Positions 9,436 to 21,537 of a DNA stretch of 32,000 nucleotides are shown in pieces. Source of the DNA: Aliivibrio fischeri ES114 (lineage in GTDB: Bacteria; Pseudomonadota; Gammaproteobacteria; Enterobacterales; Vibrionaceae); the NCBI RefSeq assembly GCF_000011805.1, contig NC_006840.2. One strand, written 5' to 3'. Every line of letters starts with the position of its first letter. Within the stretch, counting starts at the first letter, position 1. A model generated the notes under the pieces. That model was not told where the DNA came from and did no database searches. It saw nothing but the letters and a program-made list of their open reading frames with translations. A program made the position numbers and the translations under genes.

Positions 9436-10050
9436 TTATTTACCACAACATTGTTTAAATTTCTTACCGCTATTGCACGGACAAGCATCATTACGGCCAA
9501 TATCTTTATATGGATTTACTTTCTGGCCTTTATAACCAATTTGCAACTCATCAGCAGCCATTGCGACTTCAAGAATCATCATATCTAATTGTGGAAGCAT
9601 GCTTTTTAGAGTTGGTGGTGTGTCAATCCCCGCTTCTTTCATTTGAGCTTGTGTTTGCTCTTCATCAAGTGCAAGCATTAACGTTGTTAGTAATGCTGAT
9701 AACATACGAGAAGTACCATCACCAATGCTTACTTCAGCCCACATATCTTCAATTAAAGGCCAAACACTCATAAAGCCTTCAGCGAAATCAGCTAATAAGT
9801 CAACGTTCGCAGTATCAATCAAATTGGCAATTTCATATTCATTACGTTTAAGTAATGTGTATTGCTGTTCAATTTGATGAATAACTGCATTTTTAATATT
9901 CAAAGTTACATCAGTACCAACAAGACCATTCAACCATACTTCTGGCTCTAAAGGTTTTGTTGCCATATTTGCAGCAAGCACAGCACCTTCAAGAAATACA
10001 TTTGTGCAGCTTAAATCTGCATCACTTAGAGAAATTAATTGGTACTTCAT
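9436..10050 (-). CDS. UPF0149/YecA-like protein with C-terminal SEC-C zinc motif
   Basis: C-terminus NPYKDIGRNDACPCNSGKKFKQCCGK (SEC-C) on a UPF0149-like helical domain. Confidence 0.8.
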   Translation of the reverse strand: MKYQLISLSDADLSCTNVFLEGAVLAANMATKPLEPEVWLNGLVGTDVTLNIKNAVIHQIEQQYTLLKRNEYEIANLIDTANVDLLADFAEGFMSVWPLIEDMWAEVSIGDGTSRMLSALLTTLMLALDEEQTQAQMKEAGIDTPPTLKSMLPQLDMMILEVAMAADELQIGYKGQKVNPYKDIGRNDACPCNSGKKFKQCCGK

Positions 10051-10151
10051 TATTTTTTCACTTTTTAAATTAAGTTTTCGGCGTAGTATAGCGCAAATAA
10101 TTATTAGAGCCTAAGTGCCGTTATTATTAATTTTTGCTTGTTGAGAACATT

Positions 10152-10709
10152 ATGAAAAAACATCGAGGATTTACACTCATAGAGTTGATCGTTGTTATTG
10201 TTATCTTAGGAATTTTAGCCGTTACGGCTGCACCACGATTTTTAAGCTTGCAAAACGATGCTCATAAATCTAGAGCTAAAGGTGTCTTTGCCGAATTCAC
10301 CTCTGGAGTTAATTTGTACCATGCTGCTTGGTTAACACAAGGTGAACCATCAGTCAGTTCAGGTGTAGCTGTAGAGTACGGAGACGAAAAGATATTTCCA
10401 TCTGCTGAAGGGTTTCCACTTGGTACAACAAACCATCAAGGCATTATTACTGGTGAAGGTTGTGGTGAGCTTTGGAATGCATTACTAAATCAAGACTTAA
10501 CTATTTCTGAATATAAAGGTGATGATTTTATTACTTCTAGTACAGATATAGAATATTGGTATGGCTCACCTGTTACAGGTAAACCACAAGCTTGTATGTA
10601 TTACTATACATCAGATATCACTAATAAAAATCAGCAGGGTTATCGACTGAATTATTTCCCATCGACGGGAGAAACGATAATTACTACTTATAACAAAGGA
10701 AGTAAGTGA
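10152..10709 (+). CDS. Type IV pilin-like protein (prepilin N-terminal methylation motif)
   Basis: MKKHRGFTLIELIVVIVILGILAVTAAPRFLSLQNDAHKSRA, a canonical G^FTLIE prepilin peptidase site. Start taken at 10152 instead of 10134. Confidence 0.85.
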   Translation: MKKHRGFTLIELIVVIVILGILAVTAAPRFLSLQNDAHKSRAKGVFAEFTSGVNLYHAAWLTQGEPSVSSGVAVEYGDEKIFPSAEGFPLGTTNHQGIITGEGCGELWNALLNQDLTISEYKGDDFITSSTDIEYWYGSPVTGKPQACMYYYTSDITNKNQQGYRLNYFPSTGETIITTYNKGSK

Positions 10710-10760
10710 CATAGGCTGCCTTTCCCCCTACAATCCCACCTCCAATAAAAGAGGTGGGAT

Positions 10761-11708
10761 ATGCAAGTAATACTAGGCCCTATGGAGGGCGTACTCGATC
10801 ATTTAATGCGCGAGTTACTAACTGAAATTAATGATTACGATTTCTGTGTTACAGAGTTTGTTCGTGTTGTCGATCAACTGCTTCCCCCTCATGTATTCCA
10901 TCGAATTTGTCCTGAGCTACTAAATAACAGTAAAACTAAATCAGGTACCCCTATTCGTCTTCAACTATTAGGTCAAGAGCCTAACTGGATGGCTGAGAAT
11001 GCTGCGAGAGCAATTGAACTTGGCTCTGACGGTATTGATCTGAATTTTGGCTGCCCAGCTAAAGCGGTAAACAAAAGTCGTGGCGGAGCTGCGCTTTTAA
11101 AAGAGCCAGAGCTCATCTACCAAGTTGTTAAAGCTTGTCGAGATGCCGTAAGTAAAGATAAGAAAGTTACGGCTAAAATTCGTTTAGGCTGGGAAAACCC
11201 TGAAGAATGCTTTGTTATTGCCGATGCCATTAAACAAGCTGGAGCGGATGAACTAACCATTCATGCAAGAACCAAAGTAGATGGGTATAAAGCAGAAGAA
11301 ATTAAATGGGATTACATTAACCAAGTTCGCCAAAAGATTGATATTCCAATTATCGCAAATGGTGAAATCTGGAACTATGATGACGGCCAACGCTGTATTG
11401 CAGCAACAGGAATCGATTCATTAATGGTATGCCGTGGGGCTTTTAATGTGCCCAACTTAGGTAACGTAGTTAAGCACAACCATTCAAAAATGCCTTGGCC
11501 TGAAGTCATTGCTTTGCTTATTCATTATTCGAAGCTTCAAATGGCAGGAGATAAAGGACAATATTACTCAAATCGAGTAAAGCAGTGGCTTGTTTATCTT
11601 CGTCAAGAATATACCGAAGCAAAAGATATTTTTATGGATATTCGAAGTCATAAAAAATCAGAGCCTATCGTTGCCCGTCTAAATCAAGAGCTAGAAAAAG
11701 TAAGCTAG
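10761..11708 (+). CDS. dusC: tRNA-dihydrouridine(16) synthase DusC
   Basis: [53 protein letters not shown] plus [20 protein letters not shown]. Confidence 0.92.
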   Translation: MQVILGPMEGVLDHLMRELLTEINDYDFCVTEFVRVVDQLLPPHVFHRICPELLNNSKTKSGTPIRLQLLGQEPNWMAENAARAIELGSDGIDLNFGCPAKAVNKSRGGAALLKEPELIYQVVKACRDAVSKDKKVTAKIRLGWENPEECFVIADAIKQAGADELTIHARTKVDGYKAEEIKWDYINQVRQKIDIPIIANGEIWNYDDGQRCIAATGIDSLMVCRGAFNVPNLGNVVKHNHSKMPWPEVIALLIHYSKLQMAGDKGQYYSNRVKQWLVYLRQEYTEAKDIFMDIRSHKKSEPIVARLNQELEKVS

Positions 11709-11750
11709 CCTTATTTTTTCGCACATATTTCCCCGAACCAATGGCCGAGT

Positions 11751-13223
11751 TTATGAAAAGTAAACTCGGTTTTTACCATCTTGTTTCGCCTTATAAAGCA
11801 AGGCATCGGCTTTCTTAATCACATGTTCAAATGAAAATTCTTGATGTGAATCGATTACCGTTACGCCACCAGAAACAGTAAAACCACCTTTAACTACTTT
11901 TCCTGATGAATCCTGAATTGACTTCCTTACACGCTCACAAACACTTTCTAAGCTATTTCTTGATTCAGCATTAATACAGATAACAAATTCTTCACCGCCA
12001 AATCGAGACACAATATCACTATCACGCACACTCTTATTCAGCATTCTCGCGACATATTTAATCGCCTCATCACCCACATCATGTCCAAACACATCATTAA
12101 TTTGTTTGAAGTCATCAATATCATAAATTGCAAAACCAACGTACTTTTTCACAACACGATCTTGTAAGCTCATCTCAAAACCACGACGATTATATAAGCC
12201 TGTCATTGGATCTTGTTTAGCCAAATCACGATAGTATTTTTGAGATACTCGACTTTGGTAATAGAACATAGATAGTAAAGAGAGGATATACATTACTAAC
12301 GTTAAAATTAACGAATTAGAATCATGCACAAGAAAACCTTTCAACTCTTCTTTTATCGATGTTTTGTAATATAAAAAATACGTAAAGTCGGTAAAATCTA
12401 AATTAACTGGTTGCATAAAACGATACTGTTCAAATCTCTTATACTCATCACTGTTTAACAACTGAATATGCTGTGATATTTCATTTGATGAGCGCAAAAG
12501 CTTTTCAACTGAAAGATCAATGACCAATACACCTTTGAATATACCTTTATAGTAAATAGGTGTTGAAAAAGTTAATACTTCAAGCCCGTCAAAAAAAGCA
12601 TCGGTATATGGAGGTGTAAACGTAATGTATTTTTCACTGTCGTTTTTCATACTGTTTTTCCAGTATGGTCGAGAATAAATAACATCAAGCGTTTTTTGCG
12701 ATAAATTCTCAGCAATTTCTTTTGGTGAAGAGATAATATAATTATATTTTGAAATGAAATAGATCCCATGAAGATAGCTTTCATAATCATGGATAAAAGA
12801 AATAACAGGGGCAAGACTCACCTTCTTTGATGCAATTTCATACACTTCAGACGATGGATCACATAAATCTTTTTTACCAGCGATACTATAATCAAGACGT
12901 CCTTCTGCAACTGAAATGTCTTGTTCTGCCATTACCGCATCTAAGTTTTCGCTTGGGCGAATAACACAAAGGCCACTATCTTTCTTAATTTCAAAGTTAT
13001 GATTATAAAAACTACCTTGGTTTTGCTTATATAGCTGCGAAATATTGTAATCCAAAGAAATAATTACTTTAATTGATCGTTGAAGTGAATTTATAATACG
13101 ATCATACTCTCGATTAACTTGACGTTGTACGGAGTTCATGTGGTTATTTAAAATAAAACCTACGATCAACACTAGGAATAGTGTTGGTATAAGAAAGATA
13201 TGTTTTAAATTAAATTTCGGCAT
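11751..13223 (-). CDS. Membrane-anchored diguanylate cyclase (GGDEF domain, GGEEF active site)
   Basis: Two TM segments flank a periplasmic region; C-terminal QDPMTGLYNRRGFE...DSDIVSRFGGEEFVICI. ORF extends to 13241; MPKFNLKH at 13223 is a plausible start. Confidence 0.9.
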   Translation of the reverse strand: MPKFNLKHIFLIPTLFLVLIVGFILNNHMNSVQRQVNREYDRIINSLQRSIKVIISLDYNISQLYKQNQGSFYNHNFEIKKDSGLCVIRPSENLDAVMAEQDISVAEGRLDYSIAGKKDLCDPSSEVYEIASKKVSLAPVISFIHDYESYLHGIYFISKYNYIISSPKEIAENLSQKTLDVIYSRPYWKNSMKNDSEKYITFTPPYTDAFFDGLEVLTFSTPIYYKGIFKGVLVIDLSVEKLLRSSNEISQHIQLLNSDEYKRFEQYRFMQPVNLDFTDFTYFLYYKTSIKEELKGFLVHDSNSLILTLVMYILSLLSMFYYQSRVSQKYYRDLAKQDPMTGLYNRRGFEMSLQDRVVKKYVGFAIYDIDDFKQINDVFGHDVGDEAIKYVARMLNKSVRDSDIVSRFGGEEFVICINAESRNSLESVCERVRKSIQDSSGKVVKGGFTVSGGVTVIDSHQEFSFEHVIKKADALLYKAKQDGKNRVYFS

Positions 13224-13285
13224 GTATAAATTCTTTAACACGAAGTGAACAGACTATATTACATACATTTTTGTGCTATTTCTTC

Positions 13286-13321
13286 CAAAAATGTCAGTTT
13301 TAACAGACAACTGACATTTTT
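13286..13321. terminator. Terminator-like perfect inverted repeat between the DUF5718-like gene and the GGDEF gene
   Basis: AAAAATGTCAGTTTTAACAGACAACTGACATTTTT: 13-nt arms AAAAATGTCAGTT/AACTGACATTTTT; both neighbouring genes read on minus. Confidence 0.75.
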
Positions 13322-13347
13322 ATAGGAATCACAATAATGAATAACTC

Positions 13348-14184
13348 TTAGATAACCTGTTGACTTAACAGAGAAATACCTGATTTTTCAAACGAATTCA
13401 TTTTTGCCATTGTTTCGATTTCGTCACTTGTATATTTGTCACCATCATAAACGACAACAATGCTTTGATCACCAGACTTTAAAAAGTTAGTCTCGCCGTA
13501 TGGAGTGTACCTTGTCGCTCCAATACTAATAATTGCCTGCTTAGGGTAACTAGCATTAGCCAAATAAATAGATAAATTTTCCGCAGGTCCTTCGTCTTTT
13601 TGATTATTCATTTTATCGATAATCCAATCATTTAATTGCTCATGAAAATAGCTGTAATCAATTGCTGCGCTGTCTTCACCATAGCGATTCAATTCACCAT
13701 TTCTCATATGAAAACTTGCAATACGATATTTATCTAACTCACAACCTTTAGTAAATGATGACAATTTGATGAAATCTTGAGAAATACCTTTCGTCTCCGC
13801 CCCCCAATTTTTCTTTTCACTGATTTTTTTTGCATTGGGTTTTCTTATTGAGCAGTCATTGTATGCAGCAAATTTAACTGGAGTCAGTGCCACCACTTTA
13901 TTGTCTTGATAGCTAATATCAAAAACGATTGCTACTTCTGGTTCAATTTGCAGATTATCCGCATCATTTGGCGGAATAATGGTATCAGAAGATAATGGGT
14001 ATTGAGATAGAAAGCCAGCATGTTGTGATGGGACATAAAAAGGAAACAGTGCTTTCGGTTGAATATTGTTCTCAACTTTCACATTCAAAAAATCAGTTGC
14101 TTCGCCCGCTTGCTCTAAATGACCAGCGAAATTACCTGCCACCCCAAAACCGATTACATCTTTAAACATATTGCGCCTTTTCAT
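13348..14184 (-). CDS. DUF5718-like family protein, function unknown
   Basis: 278-aa ORF beginning MKRRNMFKDVIGFGVAGNFAGHLEQAGEATDF; family recalled from the motif, not searched. Confidence 0.6.
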   Translation of the reverse strand: MKRRNMFKDVIGFGVAGNFAGHLEQAGEATDFLNVKVENNIQPKALFPFYVPSQHAGFLSQYPLSSDTIIPPNDADNLQIEPEVAIVFDISYQDNKVVALTPVKFAAYNDCSIRKPNAKKISEKKNWGAETKGISQDFIKLSSFTKGCELDKYRIASFHMRNGELNRYGEDSAAIDYSYFHEQLNDWIIDKMNNQKDEGPAENLSIYLANASYPKQAIISIGATRYTPYGETNFLKSGDQSIVVVYDGDKYTSDEIETMAKMNSFEKSGISLLSQQVI

Positions 14185-14248
14185 AAATAATAAATATCAG
14201 GGCACAATAGTGTATTCTTAAAAATGAATCGATGATGGGGATCGTATT

Positions 14249-16192
14249 TTAAGATTTCTTTGCTTTTCTTTTACGTTTAAATTGTGGTTTAGCTGGACTT
14301 TTTAATGTTCTTAATGACTCTGGTACTGGGCCTTGCTGAACACCTTGCATAAAATTAGTCACTTTTATTTCTAATTCCGACATAAAAGGTCGATAAGCGT
14401 GTGTTTTCTCTGTCATACCTTGAAGCTGAAATTCCCAATGAGCGGTCATGTCCGGGTAAGTTGCTTCATTTGGTAAAGCATGAATAAGCCCTCTACCTGC
14501 TTCACTGGCATGAATGGACTTTCCATTTCGAGTTAATAACTGACGTTTAAATAATGTATCTAAAATACCCGCACGAGTCGCTTCGGTTCCCAGACCATCC
14601 GTATCTCTTAGTATTTTTTTCAGTTCTTTATCTTCCACAAAGCGTGCAATACCTGTCATTGCTTGCAAAAGCGTCGCCTCAGTAAAATGTTTTGGCGGCT
14701 CTGTCATGCGATGTTTTATTTCACCTTCTCGACAAGTGTGAACCTCACCTTTTGATAATGGCGGAACTTTACTCGCTACATCATCATCACTGTTTTGAGA
14801 TTGCACTTTGCCAAGCAGAACTCTCCAGCCAGCAAACAGCATTTGCTTTCCTTTTGCAACAAACACCCCACCAGCAATATCAAACACCAATTCAGCCTCA
14901 GCATAAACCGCAGCAGGATAAAATTGCATTAGGTATTGACGAGCAATCAAATGATACACTTTCTCTTCATAGCCAGATAAGCCAGCTGAACTACTGGATT
15001 TCGGTGTTGGAATAATAGCATGGTGAGCATCCACCTTACTGTCATTCCAAGCTCGCGATTTCAATGAAAAGTCGGCTTTTGTAACAGCTGTTGATAATTG
15101 CTTATCATTATTTCCTATCGCAGCACACACTTGCTCACGCTGTTTATAATGGTCTTTTGGTAAATGACGACTATCTGAACGTGGATAGGTTATTAACTTA
15201 TGCTTTTCATATAATGCCTGACACGCATCTAGCACTTGCTGTGCACTTAGTCCATAACGTTTTGCCGCATCGATTTGAAGCGATGACAAAGAATATGGCA
15301 AAGGCGCATTTTGTTTGGTTTCTTTATTTTCAGCTTTAGTTACTGTCGCCGGTTGATTCGCTATGCGCTGAGCGACATTTTCAACCAGTTTAAGATTAAG
15401 AACTCGTCCTTCTTCATCTTGCCATGGCTGGCATGCATCACTCGGCTTCCATTTTGCTCTGATATCAAAAGGAACACCGTCGTTTAATTGATCATTTTGA
15501 TAAGGGATAAGAGCATCTAACGTGTAATACGCCTTTGGTACAAAATTAGCAATTTCTTCATCACGGCGAGTAACCAAACCTAAAACAGGAGTTTGTACTC
15601 TTCCTACTGATAATACTCCTTGATAACCACCTCGTTGACCTAATAACGTGTAAGCACGTGTCATATTCATACCATATAACCAATCGGCACGAGAGCGTGC
15701 TAAGGCCGAAATAGAGAGAGGAATAAACTCTTGATTACTTCGCATAGAAGTCAACGCACGCTTCACCGCTGGCAGGTTTAAATCACTGATCAATAAGCGT
15801 TGAGTCGCCGCTTTTTTCGTTTTAGATAATTTTAAATAATCCAACACCTCATCCACCAGTAACTGACCTTCTCTATCAGGGTCTCCCGCATGAACGATCT
15901 GCGTTGCATTTTTTAACAACTTTCGAATTACCGTTAATTGCTTACTGGAGGCTTTTCTTGGTCTAAGTTGCCACTGATCTGGCACGATAGGTAAATGCTC
16001 CATACGCCATGATTTATATTTATCATCATATGCATCGGGTTCAACTTGCTCTAATAGGTGACCAATACACCATGTCACAATATCTCCATTGCCGCATTCG
16101 ATGTAACCTTGTTGGTTTTTTTGTGGTTTTGCTAGGCCTGCGGCAATCGCTCTGCCAAGGCTTGGTTTTTCGGCAATAAATAATCGTGACAT
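14249..16192 (-). CDS. topB: DNA topoisomerase III
   Basis: MSRLFIAEKPSLGRAIAAGL, IVHAGDPDREGQLLVDE, VGRVQTPVLGLVTRRDEEI, LITYPRSDSRHLP, DGLGTEATRAGIL. Start chosen at 16192 (MSRLF) rather than 16225. Confidence 0.95.
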   Translation of the reverse strand: MSRLFIAEKPSLGRAIAAGLAKPQKNQQGYIECGNGDIVTWCIGHLLEQVEPDAYDDKYKSWRMEHLPIVPDQWQLRPRKASSKQLTVIRKLLKNATQIVHAGDPDREGQLLVDEVLDYLKLSKTKKAATQRLLISDLNLPAVKRALTSMRSNQEFIPLSISALARSRADWLYGMNMTRAYTLLGQRGGYQGVLSVGRVQTPVLGLVTRRDEEIANFVPKAYYTLDALIPYQNDQLNDGVPFDIRAKWKPSDACQPWQDEEGRVLNLKLVENVAQRIANQPATVTKAENKETKQNAPLPYSLSSLQIDAAKRYGLSAQQVLDACQALYEKHKLITYPRSDSRHLPKDHYKQREQVCAAIGNNDKQLSTAVTKADFSLKSRAWNDSKVDAHHAIIPTPKSSSSAGLSGYEEKVYHLIARQYLMQFYPAAVYAEAELVFDIAGGVFVAKGKQMLFAGWRVLLGKVQSQNSDDDVASKVPPLSKGEVHTCREGEIKHRMTEPPKHFTEATLLQAMTGIARFVEDKELKKILRDTDGLGTEATRAGILDTLFKRQLLTRNGKSIHASEAGRGLIHALPNEATYPDMTAHWEFQLQGMTEKTHAYRPFMSELEIKVTNFMQGVQQGPVPESLRTLKSPAKPQFKRKRKAKKS

Positions 16193-16272
16193 AAAAAATG
16201 CTGATGTTGTGAATAACATCAGCACTATACCTGTATGAATAGACAGTTATCAAGTTTTTGTTTATTAAGAGG

Positions 16273-18348
<2,076 letters not shown>

Positions 18349-18494
18349 TTACAATTATGCAACATTCATCAAATCTTTTACTTATTACGCATAAATCGTA
18401 CTAATTCTTACTTAGACCTTTCGGCCTAGTTACTTTATTTACTACTTAGAGTAGGATATAGACATAGATCATAAAATGTATAATAAGGAAATAT

Positions 18495-20351
18495 ATGAAA
18501 GGGTTATTCCACTTCATAGGCAAATGTTTTCAAGCGATATGGAAGTTACTTTCCTTTACGCGCCAGCTCGTACTTAATCTGTTTTTTCTCATTTTTATTG
18601 GCGTCATTGCTTTCGCATTCTTAGATAGCACTCCCCCATCAACAGAAGATAAAATTGTTGAACCAAAAGCATTAATTCTCGACTTATCTGGCCCAATTGT
18701 TGAAGAAAGCAAATTTAGAGAGCCATTAGAACGAATTACTTCGGATGTTTTAGGTAGCCAAAAATCACAAGAAAATGTGTTATTTGATATAGTCGATACA
18801 ATTCGTTTCGCAGCACATGACAATAATGTGTCTGGTTTGGTGCTGCATTTAAAAGAAATGAATGAAACCAGCCTCACTAAACTGCGCTATATTGCTAAAG
18901 CGATAAATACCTTTAAAGCCGCAGGCAAACCTGTTTATGCAATTGGTGATTATTACAATCAGAGCCAATATTACCTTGCAAGCTATGCTGATAAAGTATT
19001 CATGGCTCCAGATGGTACTGTTTTGTTGCGTGGCTATGGTGCATATACGCTTTACTACAAAGAGTTGCTAGAGAAACTAAACGTATCTACTCATGTATTC
19101 CGTGTGGGTACATATAAATCTGCAGTTGAACCCTACCTTCGTAATGACATGTCTGATGCTGCAAAAGAATCAGCTTCTGCTTGGTTAACCCAACTTTGGG
19201 ATGCGTACTTAGATGACGTTGCGACCAATCGCCAAATCGATCCAAAAACACTGACAATGCCTATGGATCAATTCATCGCTAAATTAAAATCAGTGAATGG
19301 TGATCTATCGCAAATGATGGTAGAACTGGGTTTAGTCGATAAACTAGCGACACGACAAGAAGTTCGCAAAGATTTAATTGAACAATTTGGTTCAAATGGT
19401 TACGACAGCTTCAAACAAATCAGCTATTACGATTATTTGTCTCAAGTTCAACCAACTGTTATTCCTGACGCACAAGATATCGCTGTTGTTGTAGCAAGTG
19501 GTGCCATTATGGATGGAACAGAACGCCAAGGTACAGTGGGTGGTGATTCTACAGCAGCACTTCTTCGTCAAGCTCGTGGCGACGATAAAGTAAAAGCGGT
19601 GGTACTTCGTGTTGATAGTCCAGGAGGAAGTGCTTTTGCTTCTGAAGTCATTCGTAATGAAATTGATGCATTAAAAGAAGCAGGAAAACCAGTGGTTGTC
19701 TCTATGTCTAGTGTAGCGGCTTCTGGTGGTTATTGGATTTCAGCAAGTGCTGATAAAATTATTGCTCAGCCAACAACAATTACTGGTTCTATTGGTATTT
19801 TTGGCATTTTAACGACATTTGAAAAAAGTTTAGAGAAAATGGGGATCCACAGTGATGGGATCTCAACCTCTCCTTTCAATGGCGTTAGTATTACTCGTCC
19901 TTTAAATGATGATGTTGCTCAAGTTATGCAATTGGGTATTGAACATGGTTACCATCGTTTCATTAAACTTGTCAGCGATCATCGTAACCTATCATTAGAG
20001 GCCGTAGACAAAGTGGCTCAAGGCCGAGTTTGGACAGGTAAAGATGCGTTAAAACATGGTCTTGTTGATCAGCTGGGTGATTTTGATGATGCTGTGCAAG
20101 CAGCTGCTCAATTAGCAAATATGGAATCATACAACCTATATTGGGTAAAAGAGCCACTAACGCCAATGGAGCAGTTCTTAGAAGAATTAAGCATGAACCT
20201 AAATGCGAGCGTCAGAACTGAGTTATTTTCATTCGCTCCTGAAGCTTTGCAACCAACAATCAATAAAGTTGCAACAGATATCAACATGTTAAATAACTTT
20301 AATGATCCAAAAGGGCAATATCTCTTCTGTTTAAACTGTAGCAATCTTTAA
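18495..20351 (+). CDS. sppA: Signal peptide peptidase SppA, 67K type (protease IV)
   Basis: AVVVASGAIMDG, VLRVDSPGGSAFASEVIRNEI, SMSSVAASGGYWISASADKI; about 618 aa double-domain form. Confidence 0.95.
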   Translation: MKGLFHFIGKCFQAIWKLLSFTRQLVLNLFFLIFIGVIAFAFLDSTPPSTEDKIVEPKALILDLSGPIVEESKFREPLERITSDVLGSQKSQENVLFDIVDTIRFAAHDNNVSGLVLHLKEMNETSLTKLRYIAKAINTFKAAGKPVYAIGDYYNQSQYYLASYADKVFMAPDGTVLLRGYGAYTLYYKELLEKLNVSTHVFRVGTYKSAVEPYLRNDMSDAAKESASAWLTQLWDAYLDDVATNRQIDPKTLTMPMDQFIAKLKSVNGDLSQMMVELGLVDKLATRQEVRKDLIEQFGSNGYDSFKQISYYDYLSQVQPTVIPDAQDIAVVVASGAIMDGTERQGTVGGDSTAALLRQARGDDKVKAVVLRVDSPGGSAFASEVIRNEIDALKEAGKPVVVSMSSVAASGGYWISASADKIIAQPTTITGSIGIFGILTTFEKSLEKMGIHSDGISTSPFNGVSITRPLNDDVAQVMQLGIEHGYHRFIKLVSDHRNLSLEAVDKVAQGRVWTGKDALKHGLVDQLGDFDDAVQAAAQLANMESYNLYWVKEPLTPMEQFLEELSMNLNASVRTELFSFAPEALQPTINKVATDINMLNNFNDPKGQYLFCLNCSNL

Positions 20352-20360
20352 AAGCATGAC

Positions 20361-20386
20361 GAGCCCGACACATGTCGGGCTTTCTT
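20361..20386 (+). terminator. Terminator downstream of sppA
   Basis: GAGCCCGACACATGTCGGGCTTTCTTT. Confidence 0.85.
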
Positions 20387-20443
20387 TATGCCAAATGCAC
20401 AGTATAATCCCCCCACCTCCCATAACTCTGTACCGTTGTTATT

Positions 20444-21457
20444 ATGGAAAGAAAACACATTTACATCGCCTATACTGGCGGCACAATCGGCATGATAAAG
20501 TCTGATGATCATGGTTATGTTCCAGCTGCTGGATTCATGCAACATCAACTTAAACAAATGCCAGAGTTCCATCGTGCAGAAATGCCAATTTTCACCATTC
20601 ACGAATACGAGCCTTTGATTGACTCTTCAGACATGACGCCTGAAGACTGGCAACGTATTGCTGACGATATTCGTGCTAATTACGACAAATACGACGGATT
20701 TGTGATTCTTCATGGTACGGACACCATGGCCTACACAGCATCGGCTCTTTCTTTCATGCTAGAGAACCTTGGAAAACCAGTTATTGTTACTGGCTCTCAA
20801 ATTCCTCTTGCAGAACTTCGCTCTGATGGCCAAAGCAACTTATTAAATGCACTGCATATCGCAGCAAATTACCCTATCAATGAAGTAACGTTATTCTTTA
20901 ATAACAAATTGATCCGTGGTAATCGCAGTACTAAGTCACATGCAGATGGTTTTGATGCGTTTTCTTCACCAAACTTACCACCTTTATTAGAGGCTGGTAT
21001 TAATATTCAAATTAATGGTGCAGAAATCAACAAACAGCCTGAAGGTGAGTTCACAGTAAATAACATTACACCACAACCAATCGGTGTCGTGACAATGTAT
21101 CCTGGGATCTCGGCAGAAGTGATCAAAAATACACTACGCCAACCAGTCAATGCGATGATCTTACTGACCTTTGGTGTGGGTAATGCGCCACAAAACCCTG
21201 AGCTTCTTGCGCAATTAAAAGAAGCATCTGAACGTGGCGTTGTCGTGGTTAACTTGACTCAATGTTTATCTGGAAAAGTAAACATGGGTGGCTATGCAAC
21301 AGGCTGTGCTCTAGCTGAAGCTGGAGTAATTAGTGGTTATGATATGACACCAGAAGCTGCTCTAGCTAAACTTCATTATATTCTAAGCAAAGAATTACCG
21401 TATGAAACCATGCGTACTATGATGCAACAGAATTTATGTGGTGAACTAACGCATTAA
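20444..21457 (+). CDS. ansA: L-asparaginase I (cytoplasmic type)
   Basis: MERKHIYIAYTGGTIGMIKSDDHGY, DGFVILHGTDTMAYTASALSFMLENLGKPVIVTGSQIPL. Confidence 0.93.
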   Translation: MERKHIYIAYTGGTIGMIKSDDHGYVPAAGFMQHQLKQMPEFHRAEMPIFTIHEYEPLIDSSDMTPEDWQRIADDIRANYDKYDGFVILHGTDTMAYTASALSFMLENLGKPVIVTGSQIPLAELRSDGQSNLLNALHIAANYPINEVTLFFNNKLIRGNRSTKSHADGFDAFSSPNLPPLLEAGINIQINGAEINKQPEGEFTVNNITPQPIGVVTMYPGISAEVIKNTLRQPVNAMILLTFGVGNAPQNPELLAQLKEASERGVVVVNLTQCLSGKVNMGGYATGCALAEAGVISGYDMTPEAALAKLHYILSKELPYETMRTMMQQNLCGELTH

Positions 21458-21474
21458 TTTCGATTTACGTAATA

Positions 21475-21515
21475 CAAAAAAGGCTTCCCTGAATTCTCAT
21501 GGGAAGCCTTTTTTA
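21475..21515. terminator. Bidirectional terminator between convergent ansA and asd
   Basis: AAAAAAGGCTTCCCTGAATTCTCATGGGAAGCCTTTTTT. Confidence 0.9.
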
Positions 21516-21537
21516 ATTCTAGATAATTAACCGTAAA

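Noticed and set aside
14692-15339. ORFs 14692-15015 and 15091-15339 on plus
   Set aside because: Antisense shadows of topB; His/Gln/Leu-rich translations typical of off-frame reading.
20348-20602. 84-aa minus ORF across the sppA-ansA gap
   Set aside because: Runs through a strong terminator and the ansA 5' coding region; no family resemblance.
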